From a bacterium (GTDB taxonomy: Bacteria > UBA8248), in the NCBI GenBank assembly GCA_965199855.1, contig OZ241326.1, positions 1,760,001-1,824,000 on the forward strand: a stretch of DNA of 64,000 nucleotides, read 5' to 3'. The notes under the pieces were generated by a model that did not search any database, was not told the DNA's origin, and saw only the letters and a program-made list of their open reading frames with translations. This document shows, in pieces, positions 49,708-59,111 of this stretch; position 1 is the stretch's first letter, and each line of letters opens with the position of its first letter. The position numbers and the translations under genes are program-made.

Positions 49708-51779
49708 TCTTTCCAGAAGCTCAGCCCCTCGCTCTTCGCCCACCCGATGAACCCCTCGGCGATGCCGTCCGGCAGTTCGCCGTCGTGGTTGTGCAGGTCG
49801 TGCTCGACGATGAGGTGCCCGTTCCTGTCGAGCTTCTCCCGTCCGCTCCCGTCCTTCAGGTGGACGTAGTCGCCCGAGTTGTTCTTGCCGCCTTTTCGGG
49901 ACACGGCGAAGAATACGGGGTAGTTCTCCCTTTTCGGGCAGAGCGGGCCCGCCTTCGGGTCTTCGTTCCACTTCTGGGCGAACAGCACGCTCGTCTTCGT
50001 CCCCGTGTGGGGCTTGAAGGTGTTGCCGTGCAGACCCACGACGGCGAGGACGCGGGCGCGCCCGGCGATGAAGTCCCGCACCCGCTGGTCGGAGGTGTTG
50101 TTGAAGCGGCCCTGCGGCAGGACGATGGCCATGCGTCCGCCGGGCCTGAGGAAATCCAGGTTTCTCTCGATGAAGAGGATGTCCCGCCCGACCTTGTTCT
50201 GCCACCTGCCGCCTTCCTTCCGCCCGAGTTCGTATTGGTGGAGGATGCGGGCTTCCTTGATGTCGCCGGCGAAGGGCGGGTTCGCCATGAGGATGTCGAA
50301 GTCGAACCGCTTGTTGTCGTCCCGCGCGGCTCTCCGCTTCTCCAGCCTCCCGAATCCCTTGCCGTAGGTTCTGTTCCATCTCGGGTCCCGCTCGGTTCGC
50401 TCCGGCCAGCGCTCGTAATCCAGCGCGTTCAGGTGGAGGACGTTGGTCTCGCCGTCGCCGGCGATGAGGTTGAGCGTTCTGGCGACGCGGACGGCCTTCT
50501 CGTCGAAGTCGATGCCGAAGACCCGGAGCGCGTCCTCCCTGTGCCGGTCGGGAATGGCCGCGTTGGTGAACAGGCTGCCCGTGACCTTGAAGATGGTGTG
50601 CACCGGAAAGCCGCAGCTGCCCGATGCCGTGTCTATCATGTATTCGCCGCTTCGGGGGTTGAGCGCCTTCACGCACATGTCGATGACGTGGCGGGGGGTA
50701 AAATACTGCCCCTTCTGGCCCTTGGCGGACTGGCTGACCAGATGCTCGAAAGCCTCGTCCACGACGAGGAGGTTCGAGTTGAACAGCTTGACGTCCTGCA
50801 GCCTCGAGGCGCAGACTGCCAGGTGGCTGTCGGTGAGCTCGAACGCCGCCCCTTCGGGGAACACGCCCGGCCACTGCTCGATCGCCTTCCCGAAAAGCGC
50901 CTGGATTCTGGCCTTGAGCTCCGCGTCCCGCTGGCCGGCTCTCAGCCGGAATTCCATGGGGCGAAAGTTCCCGTCGTCGATTCCGGCGAGGCACTCCTTG
51001 ACTTTCCCGTAGTCGCCGCGCGCCGCCTCCGGCAGGTTCTGGTCGAGGTGAAATTCCATATTCGTCTTGTCCGCCCGGCTCTCGAACTCGTCATACAGCT
51101 TGGTGAACACGAGCTTGAACACCTCCTCGAAGGCGTCCACGCCCGCGTTCGCCAGAACGTCGTCCTCCATTTCGAGGATGAGATCCTTGAGGGATTTTCT
51201 CTCCTCCACGAGCTTGTCGCGGAGGGTGAGGGTTTTGAGCGTGAAGCGTCCGCCCAGGACGTCCGCGAGCGTCTGGTTCGCCTTCGGAATCTCCGTGATG
51301 TCCTCGAAGTGGTTCGGATCCTTGCGGTGGTATCGGGAAATCTGGCCGCCGTTCGTCCACACGGCCATCGGCGCGCCGGTGGCGTGGCAGTAGGAGCGCA
51401 GCTGCTCCTTCCCGTCCCGCAGCTTCGGCTTCTTCACCTCGACGACGATGTAGGCCGCCTCGGGGTCGTCCTTGTGGAAAACCACGATGTCGGCCTTCTT
51501 CGTCTCCCGACCGAAGCTGACGGGATGCTCGAAGGCGAGGCGCGCCCGGGGGTAGCCGTAGCGCGCCATCAGCCGCGCCGCGTAGAGCTGGCGGACGATT
51601 TCCTCCGGCCGGAGCTGAACCTCCTTTTGACGGACGACGCAGGGGACGAAGGGCGTCTCCCCGCCCTTGATCGTCTTGAAGCGGATTCGTCCGTTGAGGG
51701 CCTCGATCTCCTCCTCCGAGAACTGGTCGAGGCGATGGTCGCTGTCTCTCAGAATCGTCCGAATGGCGTCCGTCGTCAT
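49704..51779 (-). CDS. Fused restriction endonuclease - N6-adenine methyltransferase (Type IIG/IIB-like RM subunit)
   Basis: N-terminal PEEIVRQ...ADIVVF...VEVKK (PD-(D/E)xK, HSDR_N-like); GQYFTPRHVI, DTASGSCGF, ANPPF gamma-class MTase motifs. Confidence 0.92.
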   Translation of the reverse strand: MTTDAIRTILRDSDHRLDQFSEEEIEALNGRIRFKTIKGGETPFVPCVVRQKEVQLRPEEIVRQLYAARLMARYGYPRARLAFEHPVSFGRETKKADIVVFHKDDPEAAYIVVEVKKPKLRDGKEQLRSYCHATGAPMAVWTNGGQISRYHRKDPNHFEDITEIPKANQTLADVLGGRFTLKTLTLRDKLVEERKSLKDLILEMEDDVLANAGVDAFEEVFKLVFTKLYDEFESRADKTNMEFHLDQNLPEAARGDYGKVKECLAGIDDGNFRPMEFRLRAGQRDAELKARIQALFGKAIEQWPGVFPEGAAFELTDSHLAVCASRLQDVKLFNSNLLVVDEAFEHLVSQSAKGQKGQYFTPRHVIDMCVKALNPRSGEYMIDTASGSCGFPVHTIFKVTGSLFTNAAIPDRHREDALRVFGIDFDEKAVRVARTLNLIAGDGETNVLHLNALDYERWPERTERDPRWNRTYGKGFGRLEKRRAARDDNKRFDFDILMANPPFAGDIKEARILHQYELGRKEGGRWQNKVGRDILFIERNLDFLRPGGRMAIVLPQGRFNNTSDQRVRDFIAGRARVLAVVGLHGNTFKPHTGTKTSVLFAQKWNEDPKAGPLCPKRENYPVFFAVSRKGGKNNSGDYVHLKDGSGREKLDRNGHLIVEHDLHNHDGELPDGIAEGFIGWAKSEGLSFWKE

Positions 51780-51829
51780 GCTTCCTCCGTTCGCTGTGGA
51801 CGCGCCGCCGCGCCTGTCCCGCCTGAAAT

Positions 51830-51990
51830 GGACAACCACAGGGGGTTGTCCCTACGAATCCCGTATCTCTCCGTTGCCCCCGCAAAACAAAATCCCGCCC
51901 ACGGGTGATTGTCCCTGGGGTTTCATGCTTCGCCGCCTTTGTCTTCCCGCAGGGGCGGTTCGGGAACCGCCCGACCCGCGCCGCCGGGCG
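51830..51990. repeat. GTAG-type REP mosaic at right end of R-M locus
   Basis: GGACAACCACAGGGGGTTGTCCCTAC ... GCAGGGGCGGTTCGGGAACCGCCCGACCC; related to 49534-49596 and 46013-46055. Confidence 0.8.
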
Positions 51991-51992
51991 CG

Positions 51993-53345
51993 TCACCCCC
52001 CGACGCGCGAGACGGCGCGCCCCCGGCCCGCCTCGCCGGTCACCTCGCCGTCCTCCATCACGACCTCGCCGCGCGAGATGGTCATCACGGGGGCGCCCTG
52101 CACCTTCCAGCCGTCGAAGGGCGTCCATCCGCACTTGGAGACCACGTCGGCGTCGCGCAGGGTCTCCTCCCTGTCCATGTCCACGAGCATGAAGTCCGCG
52201 TCCGCCCCCGGCCGTATGCTCCCCTTGCGGGGGTAGAGGTTGAACACGCGCGCGGGCCGCTCGCAGCAGACGCTCACCACCTGGCCGAGGGTGAGCAGCC
52301 CCTCGTTCACGGCGTTCAGCATGAGGCGCGTCGTCGTCTCCACGCCCGGGATGCCGAAGGGCGCCTCGTGGATGTTCTCGACGCCGTCCTCCTTGCGGCC
52401 GCGCGGGAAGGGGCAGTGGTCCGTCCCGATGGTATCGACCATGCCGCGCCCGAGCGCCTCGCGCATTCCCTCGCGCGTCTCGGGCGAGCGAATCACCGGC
52501 GTGAACTTGACGAACGGCCCCAGCTCCTCGAGGTGCGAATGGTCGAGGTAGAAATACTGGGGGCAGCTCTCGGCGTAGATGTCCGCCCCGCGCCCGCGCG
52601 CCGCCCGGATGGCCTCAAGCAAAGCGGGCTGGCTCACGTGCGCCACGAGCACCCGGCAGCCGGTGAGCTCGGCCAGGGCCACGGCGTCCAGCGTCGCCAC
52701 GTATTCGCTTTCGGGGTTTCGCCACGCGCTGATGCACATGTAGTCCGTCCGCCCCTCGGCGTCGACGCGCTCCTTCGCCTTCTTGAGGATGGAGTCGCTC
52801 TCGCAGTGGAGCATCACCGTCGCGCCGAAGGAGGCCGCCTCGCGCATGACGCTCAGCAGGACGCCCTCGGAGAGGTCGGGCACGCCGTGCAGCTCGCACA
52901 TGAACCCCTTGAAGCCCAGCGCGCCGCCCTCCCACATGGGGCGCAGGTGCTCGAGGTTGTCCACGTCGAGCCCGCCCAGCTGGCCGAAGTCCACCACCGC
53001 GCGCGAGGCGACGTAGGCGGTCTTCTCCTCCAGAATCTCGCGGGTATAGACGAGCGGCTCGCTCCGGTGGTGGTCGATCACGGTGGTCACGCCGCCGCGC
53101 GCCGCCGCGCGGGTGCCCGTCGTCCAGTCCTCCCGGTCGGTGAAGCCCGGATCCATCATGTGGACGTGCTCATCGACCATGCCGGGCAGGAGAAAGCGCC
53201 CCTCCGCGTCTATCTCGCGCCCGGCGCCCGCCCCCGCCTTTTCCGCGACGGCGGCGATTCGCCCCTCCTCGACGTAGACGCAGCCCTCATAGACGCCTTC
53301 GGGCGCGGCTATCCGCGCGTTTTTGATCAGTAGATCGGCGCTCAT
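51993..53345 (-). CDS. Allantoinase/dihydroorotase-family cyclic amidohydrolase
   Basis: PGMVDEHVH, AAARGGVTT, HCE, HVS, TDHCP, KGSIRPGADAD. Confidence 0.9.
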   Translation of the reverse strand: MSADLLIKNARIAAPEGVYEGCVYVEEGRIAAVAEKAGAGAGREIDAEGRFLLPGMVDEHVHMMDPGFTDREDWTTGTRAAARGGVTTVIDHHRSEPLVYTREILEEKTAYVASRAVVDFGQLGGLDVDNLEHLRPMWEGGALGFKGFMCELHGVPDLSEGVLLSVMREAASFGATVMLHCESDSILKKAKERVDAEGRTDYMCISAWRNPESEYVATLDAVALAELTGCRVLVAHVSQPALLEAIRAARGRGADIYAESCPQYFYLDHSHLEELGPFVKFTPVIRSPETREGMREALGRGMVDTIGTDHCPFPRGRKEDGVENIHEAPFGIPGVETTTRLMLNAVNEGLLTLGQVVSVCCERPARVFNLYPRKGSIRPGADADFMLVDMDREETLRDADVVSKCGWTPFDGWKVQGAPVMTISRGEVVMEDGEVTGEAGRGRAVSRVGG

Positions 53346-53487
53346 CCGGTCGCTCCTTTCCTGTGTGCGGCGCGTTGTTGGAATGTCGGCTGGCCTGATG
53401 CCGGCGCGCATTATGGCGCATTCAAAAGACGGGCGGAAGAAGCGGGGCGGGCGAGGGCGGGCGCGGCGCCTTCCCGCGCGTCTCTCG

Positions 53488-54402
53488 CTATTTCCGGTCC
53501 GCCGCCTTCGGGGCGAGGCCGAGTTCGCGCCGCTTCCGGATGACGCCCGAGAGGCGATACCAGGTTGCGCGGCCGGGGTCGATTCCCGCCCCGCGCTCGA
53601 TGAGGCGGGAGGCGTAGTCGAGCTCCCGGTTCAGATAGACGAGCAGGGAGGCGAGGTTCAGCAAAACGCCGGCGTCGTCCGGCGAGGCTTCCGCCGCCGC
53701 CCTGAGCAGCGCCTCCGCCTCCTCGTAGCGATATTGCGACACGAGGTATCTGGCGTATTTGTTGGCGACGACAGGGCTTCGGGGGGCGAGGGCGCGGGCC
53801 TTCCGATAGGCGGCGTCCGCCTCCTCGCGCTCGCCCGCCGCGTCCGTCATCCTCGCCAGGGCGAGCCAGGCGTCCAGGTTGTCGGGGTTGAGCGCGAGTT
53901 CGCGCCGCAGAAGCGCGAGGGCGGGCGCGTCCTTCTTCCGCTCCATGAGACGCAGGGCGCGCTCGTAAAGCGCCCGCGTGGTTCGCTGGAGGATCGAAAA
54001 CCCCTCCCGGGATTCGATGATTTTCGACGTCTTCCCCAGCTTCAGGCCCCTCACCTCGGCGCGGACGGCGGGGCTGAGCTCCTCGAGCGCGGCGCTTCGG
54101 ACGGCGCCCGCCTTTTTCCGGAATTCCTCCGCCGCCTTGTGGAAGGGAACGCCGAGAATCGAGACCTTGTCGAAAGCCTCCTCCGCCGTCTCGTAGGAGG
54201 GAAGCGTGAGGACGCGGAAGAAATCCTTGTCTCCCGTCTTGCGCCCGGCCGCCGGTTTTTCGGGAGCGGCGCCGGGCGTTTTCCGGCCGGGAGCGCGGGG
54301 AGGGACGCCCGCGCAGCCGGCGGCCAGGAGCAGCGCCGCCAGAAGGGCGATGATTCTTCCGGCGCGCCCGCGCGTCCGGCCGCTCCCGATTGCCCGAAAC
54401 AT
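53488..54402 (-). CDS. Lipoprotein with parvulin-like PPIase remnant and TPR repeats
   Basis: Lipobox LAAGC; LKLGKTSKIIESREGFSIL resembles the parvulin C-terminus; LALNPDNLDAWLALA TPR pattern. Confidence 0.7.
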   Translation of the reverse strand: MFRAIGSGRTRGRAGRIIALLAALLLAAGCAGVPPRAPGRKTPGAAPEKPAAGRKTGDKDFFRVLTLPSYETAEEAFDKVSILGVPFHKAAEEFRKKAGAVRSAALEELSPAVRAEVRGLKLGKTSKIIESREGFSILQRTTRALYERALRLMERKKDAPALALLRRELALNPDNLDAWLALARMTDAAGEREEADAAYRKARALAPRSPVVANKYARYLVSQYRYEEAEALLRAAAEASPDDAGVLLNLASLLVYLNRELDYASRLIERGAGIDPGRATWYRLSGVIRKRRELGLAPKAADRK

Positions 54403-54413
54403 TTCGCGCGGAT

Positions 54414-55103
54414 TCAGAAGTCGCATCGGGCCAGAAAATCCCGCGTTCGAGGGGCGCGCGGCGCGTTCGAGAGGCGGGTCTTCAGCGCCTTCAAGTCCTC
54501 CGCCTCGTCGGCGTCCCGCCACTTGGGCAGGAGGGCGGCGTCGAGCCTGAGGGCGCGCGCGCGCGCCATCGTGCGCGAGAAGACCTCGCTCGAACTCCAG
54601 GGGATATTCTCGAAAATTTCGGGGAAAAACCGGTTCATGCCGACGAGGTAGTAGCCCCCGTCCGCGGCGGGCCCCAGGGCGAGCCTCGGCTCATCCCCGC
54701 TATCGAGGCCTTGAAGCGCCTCGGCCAGAATTTCGGGCGGAAGATCCGGAAAATCCGTGCCGATGAGAACCGCCCGCCCCCCGCCGGCGAGGCATCGCCC
54801 CAGCGCCGCCGCCATCCGCTCGCCCAGGTTCGCGCCCGTCTGCGCGCGGTGGAGGAAGGGGCCGGGCATCCATTCGGAGAGCGGGAAATCGTCGAGGGCT
54901 TCGCCCCGCTCCAGCGCCCACTCGCAGACGAGGCTGGCGTCCGGCCGCGCGCCGCGCAGGGCGCGGGCGGCGCCCGCGGCGTCCTGCAGAAAGCGCTCGT
55001 AAAGGCGCGCGGCGCCCTCGCCGCCCAGCGCGGGGGCGAGCCTCGTTTTCGCCCGTCCGGGGAGGGGGGGCCTTGCGAACAGAACGAGCGATTCCGCCGC
55101 CAT
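54414..55103 (-). CDS. DUF2064 / TIGR04282-family glycosyltransferase-like protein
   Basis: FARPP.PGRAKTRL, Q.G.NLGERM, IGTD.P, LGPAADGGYYLVG, IPWSS. Confidence 0.9.
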   Translation of the reverse strand: MAAESLVLFARPPLPGRAKTRLAPALGGEGAARLYERFLQDAAGAARALRGARPDASLVCEWALERGEALDDFPLSEWMPGPFLHRAQTGANLGERMAAALGRCLAGGGRAVLIGTDFPDLPPEILAEALQGLDSGDEPRLALGPAADGGYYLVGMNRFFPEIFENIPWSSSEVFSRTMARARALRLDAALLPKWRDADEAEDLKALKTRLSNAPRAPRTRDFLARCDF

Positions 55104-55208
55104 CTTCGTCCTTTCAGAGGGGCTGTGGAGGAAGCGTCCGCCGCCTGTTAGAATCATACCCCTAGTTTGCCCGTCATTTCGCGTCCCGCGCAGAAAAAGG
55201 ACACCGAC

Positions 55209-55652
55209 ATGGAATTCAATCAGGAGATCGTGGTCGCGGCGCCCCGGGAGAAGGTGTGGGACTTCATCTGGCGGGTCGAGGAGTTCGCCGGCTGCGTGCC
55301 GGGCGTGAAGAGCGTGGAGAAGCTCGACGAGACGACCTACGGCGTGAGGGTGGAGCAGAAGGTGAGCTTCCTCAAGGCGAGTTTTCAGCTTCGGGTCGAA
55401 ATCGAGGAGGCGCGCGCCCCCGAATACATCCGCGCCTCGGGGGAGGGGAAGGACTCGAAAATCGCGGCGAGCCTGAAGCAGAAAAACGAGGTGACGCTGG
55501 AGGCTCTCTCGGAGAGCGAAACCCGGGTGAGGATCGACTCCAGCGTGGACGTGTTCGGAAAGCTCGGCTCGCTCGGCTTCAGCGTCATCAAGAACCAGGC
55601 GAACAGGATTTTCGCCGAGTTCGCCAAAAACGTGAAAGAGAAGGTGGAGTGA
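55209..55652 (+). CDS. CoxG/SRPBCC family protein
   Basis: APREKVW....FAGCVPG, V.GKLGSLG. Confidence 0.88.
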   Translation: MEFNQEIVVAAPREKVWDFIWRVEEFAGCVPGVKSVEKLDETTYGVRVEQKVSFLKASFQLRVEIEEARAPEYIRASGEGKDSKIAASLKQKNEVTLEALSESETRVRIDSSVDVFGKLGSLGFSVIKNQANRIFAEFAKNVKEKVE

Positions 55653-55725
55653 GGGCGAAAGCGCCTTCCCCGCGATTGACGCGGGCCTCGCCCGGGATGA
55701 AGCGCGCAAGCAGCGCGCCGTAGCG

Positions 55726-56661
55726 ATGAAGGCGAGCGCGCGCCGGGAAGCGCGCGCGCGCAACGTCGCCTTCCGAATCATGGCGGGCAACGTTGAGCTT
55801 TGCGGCGACAAGGTTCAGAAAACGACCGGGTTCCTCTCCACTACGCTCGAGCAATACAGCGGGCGGGTGCGGGAGTGGCGGGAAACCGCCCGCGAGGTTC
55901 TTGGAGTCGGCGAACGGCCCACGGTCGTTCACGTTGCGGAAGGCTCGCCCGCTCACCTGGCCGGCCTGAAGGCCGGCGACGAATTGCTGCGCCTGAACGG
56001 GCAGGCTCTCGGGACGGGCAAGGCGTCGGGGAGAAAAGTCAGCGAGATTTTCGGCAATTCCGAATCCGAGGACTTCACGCTCACGATAGAGCGGCGGGGT
56101 GAGGCGCGGGAGCTCGCCCTCAGGCGCGCCGCCGCGTGCGATTATCCCGTGCTCATCGTCAACAGGTATGACGTCAACGCCTGGGCGGACGGCGAGAGAA
56201 TCTACGTCACCGCCGGAATGCTGCGCTTCACCGAGAACGATGAGGAACTCGCGCTCATCATCGGGCACGAGCTGGCGCACAACACGCGGGGCCACGTCGC
56301 GTCAAAGAAGGGCAACGCGCTCCTGGGGGCCATATTGGGAGCGGCTGCCGCCGTCCTGTCGGGCGTGGACGTGACGAGCCTCGGAGCGCAGACGGGGGGG
56401 CTGGCGTATTCCCAGGATTTCGAGGCGGAGGCGGACTACGTCGGCGTGTATCACGCCGGGCGCGCCGGATACGACGTCCGCAAGGCGGCGTCCTTCTTGC
56501 GGCGGCTCGGCGCGCTGCGCCCGGCGGCGATACGTCTCGCGGGAAGCGCGCATCCCTCCACGGCGAAGCGCTTCCTGGCAGTGGAGCGCGCCGTTGCGGA
56601 ATTCGAGAGGAAGCGAAAGAGCGGCCTGCCCCTTCTTCCCGATGAGCGCGCGGACAGGTGA
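55726..56661 (+). CDS. M48 family metallopeptidase with PDZ domain (N-terminus possibly truncated)
   Basis: GSPAHLAGLKAGD PDZ; NAWA, GHELAH, EAEAD, HP...R. Confidence 0.88.
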   Translation: MKASARREARARNVAFRIMAGNVELCGDKVQKTTGFLSTTLEQYSGRVREWRETAREVLGVGERPTVVHVAEGSPAHLAGLKAGDELLRLNGQALGTGKASGRKVSEIFGNSESEDFTLTIERRGEARELALRRAAACDYPVLIVNRYDVNAWADGERIYVTAGMLRFTENDEELALIIGHELAHNTRGHVASKKGNALLGAILGAAAAVLSGVDVTSLGAQTGGLAYSQDFEAEADYVGVYHAGRAGYDVRKAASFLRRLGALRPAAIRLAGSAHPSTAKRFLAVERAVAEFERKRKSGLPLLPDERADR

Positions 56662-56694
56662 CGCCCCTTCACGGGGCCCGCGCCCGGGGCTTCC

Positions 56695-57171
56695 TCACGG
56701 ACGCTTGACGATCCACTCCTCCCGGAGTTCGCAGCCGCTCTCCCTGAACAGGGCGGAGATGGGGCAGCGGCCGTGGTGCTGGCGCCTGAGCTCCTCGACG
56801 CGCGCGTCGGTCTCGTCGGTGGTGAGGTGGATTTTCGCCTCCACGAAATCGAAGTTCGGGCTGACGCCGTTGTCCGCGTCCCGCGCGCCCCGGGGGTCGG
56901 CCGTGCCGCGAACCTCCACCTCCTGGGCGATGACGTTGAAGTCCAGCCCCTTGGCCACCTTGGTCGTGATGACGGCGATGCAGGCGGAGAGCGCGCCCAG
57001 GGCGAGCTCGCGCGGGGTGGGGCCCATGTCGCCGCCGCCGGCCTGTTCGGGTTCGTCGGCGCGGAAGGCGTGCTTTCGCGCCTTGATCTCCACCAGACAG
57101 TCGCTCACGCGCCTGGCGCGCACCCGGCGCTCCTGTTTGGCCATGACTTCCTTCTCAGCCGCTTCCGACAT
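56695..57171 (-). CDS. OsmC family protein
   Basis: ADEP...GG...GPTP.EL..ALSAC and RCPIS. Confidence 0.9.
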   Translation of the reverse strand: MSEAAEKEVMAKQERRVRARRVSDCLVEIKARKHAFRADEPEQAGGGDMGPTPRELALGALSACIAVITTKVAKGLDFNVIAQEVEVRGTADPRGARDADNGVSPNFDFVEAKIHLTTDETDARVEELRRQHHGRCPISALFRESGCELREEWIVKRP

Positions 57172-57228
57172 TGAGGTCTCCTCCCGCGCGTCACAGGGGC
57201 GAACGACGCGCTTCCCGGCGCGTGAACG

Positions 57229-58290
57229 CTAATCGAACACCACCGCCGCCCTTCCGGTCACCCGGTTTTCGATCAGCGCCTGAAAGGCGGCTTCCGTTTC
57301 CTCGAGCGCGAAGGTCTCGGTCACGATCGGCTTGATCTTTCCCTGCTGGATGAGCGCGAGCGACTGCCTGAGCTCCTCCATCGAGCAGTAGCGCGAGCCG
57401 TGAATCTCCTGCGCGTTGTTGAGCAGGCGGAGCGGATCGACGGTGAAGTCGGGCGAGGCGCCGTCGTGGGCGGCCGGCGGGCGATAGCCCACGATGACCA
57501 GCTTGCCCGCGCGGCCCAGGCTGGCGAGGCCCGCCTCGAGCGTCGCGCGCGAGGCCACGTAGTCGATGTAGGCGTCCACCCCCCGCCCGTCGGTCAGGGC
57601 GAGGATTTCCTCGACCGCGTCCGTCTTCTCGGGGTTCAGGGCGGCGAAGGCGCCGAGGGCGGAGACGGTCTCCAGCTTTTTCTCGGAAACGTCGATCCCG
57701 ATGACGTGGCCGCCGCAAATCTGCGCCATCTGAACCGCGTGGATCGCCACGCCGCCGCCCGCCCCCACGATGGCCACCACGTCGCCCGGCCTTATCCGCG
57801 CCTCGGCCACGCAGTTGTGATAGGGCGTGCAGATGGCGTCCGCCGCCACGCAGGCGTCAAGCGAGCTCACGCCGTCGGGAATCCTGCAGAGGTTCACCCC
57901 GGGGACGAGGGCGTATTCGGCGTAGCCCCCGTCCATGACGAGGCCGAAGAAGCCCTGAAAATTCTCGCAGAGCGTCTCGCGCCCGCTGCGGCAGTAGCGG
58001 CAGTTGTGGCAGGTGAGATAGAAGTGGCAGGTCACGTGATCGCCCGGCGCCACGTTCGCGACGTGGGAGCCCGTCTCCACGACCTCGCCCGCGATCTCGT
58101 GCCCCAGAATCCGGGGATATTCGTCCACCAGCCCCGGCGTGTTCCGCATGATGACCAGCGTGAGGCCCACGCCCGTGGCGCGGAGGCGCACCAGCGCGTC
58201 GTTCGGGCCGGGGCGGGGGACGGGCGTCTCCTCCAGCCGGAACGCGCCGCCCAGCTCGTGAAGCCGCATCGCTTTCATCGTGGACGCCAT
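57229..58290 (-). CDS. Zinc-binding alcohol dehydrogenase family protein
   Basis: LGHE, CHNCRYC..G...C, GAGGGV, TGRAAV; usual catalytic Cys region reads ATGVGLT. Confidence 0.9.
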   Translation of the reverse strand: MASTMKAMRLHELGGAFRLEETPVPRPGPNDALVRLRATGVGLTLVIMRNTPGLVDEYPRILGHEIAGEVVETGSHVANVAPGDHVTCHFYLTCHNCRYCRSGRETLCENFQGFFGLVMDGGYAEYALVPGVNLCRIPDGVSSLDACVAADAICTPYHNCVAEARIRPGDVVAIVGAGGGVAIHAVQMAQICGGHVIGIDVSEKKLETVSALGAFAALNPEKTDAVEEILALTDGRGVDAYIDYVASRATLEAGLASLGRAGKLVIVGYRPPAAHDGASPDFTVDPLRLLNNAQEIHGSRYCSMEELRQSLALIQQGKIKPIVTETFALEETEAAFQALIENRVTGRAAVVFD

Positions 58291-58494
58291 GTCTGCTCCC
58301 CCTTCGGTCTCATCGAACGCGGCAGCCGCGAGGGCGAAACGCGCGAAATATAGCGCATAAGGCGATATTACAGAATTTTCCCGCGTCCTGAAAAGCGGCG
58401 CGCCCGCTTCGCGCGCTCGTTTCAGTAGAGATTCCCCGATGTTCCTTCGCTCTCGCGTTCGTCCCGCGTCGTGCTAGAATCGGGCGGGAGGCGC

Positions 58495-58905
58495 ATGACA
58501 AGGAGAGGCGCATTGGTTTTCAGGCTGTTTCTGCTCTTCACGCTGATCCCCCTCGTGGAACTGATGATCCTGATCGACCTGGGAGCCTCCATCGGCCTGG
58601 CGCCGACGCTGGGAATCGTCATTCTCACCGGCGCGCTGGGCGCGTGGGCGGCGCGCGCCCAGGGGTTTTACGTGGTCTCGCGGATCCAGGCGGAAATGCG
58701 GGAGGGAAGGCCGCCCGCCGCCGGGCTGGTCGATGGGGCGATGGTGCTCGCGGGCGGGGTGATGCTCCTCACCCCCGGCCTTCTGACGGACGCCGCGGGC
58801 TTCGCGCTGATGGTTCCCGCCGCGCGGGCCGTGGTTCGGGCATGGCTGATGAGGAAATTCGGGAAGATGATCGAAGAGGGGAGGATGCGCGTCTATCGGG
58901 GCTAG
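58495..58905 (+). CDS. fxsA: FxsA family membrane protein
   Basis: LFTLIPLVEL, T...GA..AR.QG, LLTPGLLTD. Confidence 0.9.
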   Translation: MTRRGALVFRLFLLFTLIPLVELMILIDLGASIGLAPTLGIVILTGALGAWAARAQGFYVVSRIQAEMREGRPPAAGLVDGAMVLAGGVMLLTPGLLTDAAGFALMVPAARAVVRAWLMRKFGKMIEEGRMRVYRG

Positions 58906-59006
58906 AGCGGAGACGGCCGGCCCCATCGCCGCGAGAACGCGCGCTCTCGAAGGACGGGCCTTCGCGGGCGAGGGATATTCCAGAATGAGCCTTAATGAAG
59001 ACGAGT

Positions 59007-59019
59007 TAACGTATTGATA
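59007..59019 (-). promoter_or_regulatory. IHF-consensus site
   Basis: Minus strand TATCAATACGTTA matches WATCAANNNNTTR within an AT-rich island. Confidence 0.45.
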
Positions 59020-59111
59020 AATAATAGTATTTTTTATTGAAATTGTCGGGTATTTTGCTTTTCATCGTCATTGCGGCGAAGGGCGCAATCCAGGGCCGAC
59101 GAGAAAACAAT

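Noticed and set aside
46130-51779. Complete Type I R-M system
   Set aside because: No HsdR helicase/translocase; the nuclease domain is fused to the MTase
54414-55103. Arsenosugar biosynthesis cluster
   Set aside because: Only the DUF2064 gene is present; no radical SAM or partner glycosyltransferase alongside
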